From: Sminthopsis crassicaudata
Taxonomy: Eukaryota
Assembly: GCF_048593235.1 (NCBI RefSeq)
Contig: NC_133617.1
Location: forward strand, 665,922,958-665,986,957
Length of the DNA: 64,000 bases
Direction: 5' to 3'
Translations under genes and position numbers: made by a program
Shown here: positions 62,440 through 64,000 of the stretch, piece after piece
Numbering within the stretch: position 1 is the first letter of the stretch
How the letters are laid out: each line of letters begins with the position of its first letter
The notes under the pieces: model-generated
Told to the model about the DNA's origin: nothing
Databases searched by the model: none
What the model saw: only the letters and a program-made list of their open reading frames with translations

Positions 62440-62800
62440 ATAATTTTTTTAAATAATATTTTATTTTTTTCAGTTACATGCAACGGCGATTTTTAACATT
62501 CATTTTTAAATAAAATTTTGAGTTCCTAATTTTCTCCCTCCCTCTTTTTGTCCTTCCTCCCCATGAGAGCAAGCAATTCGATATAGGTTACATATGTGCA
62601 ATCAAATAAAACATTTCCATATTTGTCATGTCTGGAAAAAAAAAAACAGTTTGCAAAAGGGAAAAAAAGAAAGAAATTGAAAATAGTGAACTTTGATCTG
62701 CATTCAGATTCCATCCATTCTTTCTCTGGATATGGAAAGAATTTTCAAATGAGTCTTTTGGAATTGTCTTGGATCATTGTATTGCTCAGAAGAACTAAGT
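62440..62800 (-). mobile_element. Old L1 3' tail
   Basis: tttttcagttacatg...taacattcatttttaaa...atataggttacatatgtgc...gaattgtcttggatcattgtattgct. Confidence 0.65.
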
Positions 62801-63539
62801 AATATCGTTTGGGCAGTTGTAGGATGGATGGATGAAAGAGGAGAGATTTAAGGCAGAGCAGCCAATGAAGCGGCTGTCGAAACAGTCAGGAGATGAAGAG
62901 ACTTAAGAAGTGTAAGTGGGGAACTCAAAAGGAAGATTATGGAGAGAGGCTCCATGTTGTACCTATGGGTTCTTGAAGGCTGCTGGTGACCTTTCGGAAA
63001 TCAGGAGATGGAGAAGGGGGCTGGGTCTTTGCTTGACTACAGCATATTCAGTGATACTCAGTAGGCCATTAATGAAATGGGATTGGAAGTCAGAAGAGTG
63101 AGGAGGGCTGGATACAGAACAATCTGGGAGTTATCTGCCTAACCCTGGGGATGTGGTCGCCAAAGGAGAGGGAGAGAGATTAGACAAAGCCTTGGGACAT
63201 AGCCTTAGTTAGGAGACCAGGTGCGGATAATGATCGATCACAAGGAGACTGAAAGGAGCATTCACCCAGAAAGGAGGAGAGCCCAAAGGAGACAGGATCT
63301 TACTGGAAAGAACACTCCGGGGCGTTCTCCGGAAAGTGTCGGGCTGACATGGGGATTGGCCAGGTTTGCTTTCCCCCCAGTTCCATTCTTTCAGAACTAC
63401 CTGGTTTGATCGTGAAGGGTCCTCTTCCAGGATTCCGAAGTTTTAGAGGAACTTCAAGGGCAGCTCTCTCATTTTATAGGCGGGGAAACTGAGACCCAGA
63501 GAGGGGACGTGCCCAAGGTATTAGAACTCGGGTCATACG

Positions 63540-64000
63540 GCCCCACCCAGCCCACGGCTCCGTACCCCTTATAACGGCACGTCTGAGGTCACCCCCGCAG
63601 CCGTCAGTGACCGGTCCAGTAGCTAGCGGAATCTCGGCCAGCCTTGGCTAGCAGTGCCTGGGGTTGGGCAGGGCCGGGCCGGCTGGGCGGGGCCGAGCTA
63701 GGAGGCTTCCGAGCCCCGCGGGAGCCGGCCTCGGGAGTGGGATCCGGGACCATGGCTCTGTGAGTAGCACTCCCTCCCCCACCTCTGCCCTCCTGGGGAA
63801 CCCCCTCCCTCCCACTGCCCCTCTGCTCGGGGATGCTTTGCAAGTAAGCGTGTGCGTGCGTGCGTGTGGCTAAGTGGGCTCGTCTGTTTGTGAGTAGCTC
63901 GAGCACGACGTCTGCCGCTTGGGATCGCTCCGGGGTCCCTCCGTAAGTGTGTGCTCTTTTTCGGAGCCCGCCTGTGTTTGCGCATCTCTGAGTTTCTGTG
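63540..64000 (+). promoter_or_regulatory. CpG-island promoter/first exon of an unidentified + strand gene (continues beyond window)
   Basis: High GC and CpG, GC box GGGCGGGGC ~63686-63694, Kozak-perfect accATGG at 63752, consensus donors at 63760, 63844, 63890 and 63943. Confidence 0.6.

Noticed and set aside
1-64000. CRISPR arrays, operons, rRNA, phage or defence systems
   Set aside because: The sequence is intron-containing mammalian DNA; no regularly spaced repeat-spacer structure or dense prokaryotic ORFs.

Overview
Eukaryotic, repeat-rich genomic DNA from a draft assembly with four N gaps. It is most likely a marsupial, inferred from tRNA-headed WSINE1/SINE1-type and MAR1-type SINEs, marsupial-style L1 3' tails and RTE-type SINE remnants; the species cannot be fixed from sequence alone. 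The one gene I can identify is GUK1 (guanylate kinase): seven coding exons on +, 6938-17240, all GT-AG introns, phases consistent, 597 nt, 198 aa. A candidate TATA/CCAAT first exon lies at ~5.3-5.47 kb and candidate poly(A) signals at 18249 and 18834. The remaining ~46 kb holds L1, L2/MIR, SINE and DNA-transposon remnants (only the clearer copies are delimited), a 1.25-kb (TAG/TAA)n array with higher-order structure, several CpG-rich regulatory-looking patches, and unidentified GC-rich exon-like segments (30-34.6, 43, 59 kb). A CpG-island first exon of an unidentified + strand gene sits at the right edge. The eutherian downstream neighbour GJC2 was not found. No prokaryotic features (CRISPR, operons, rRNA) are present. 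I found no convincing new biological system; the best leads are listed with tests. Repeat family names are from recall of consensus motifs, not a database search.
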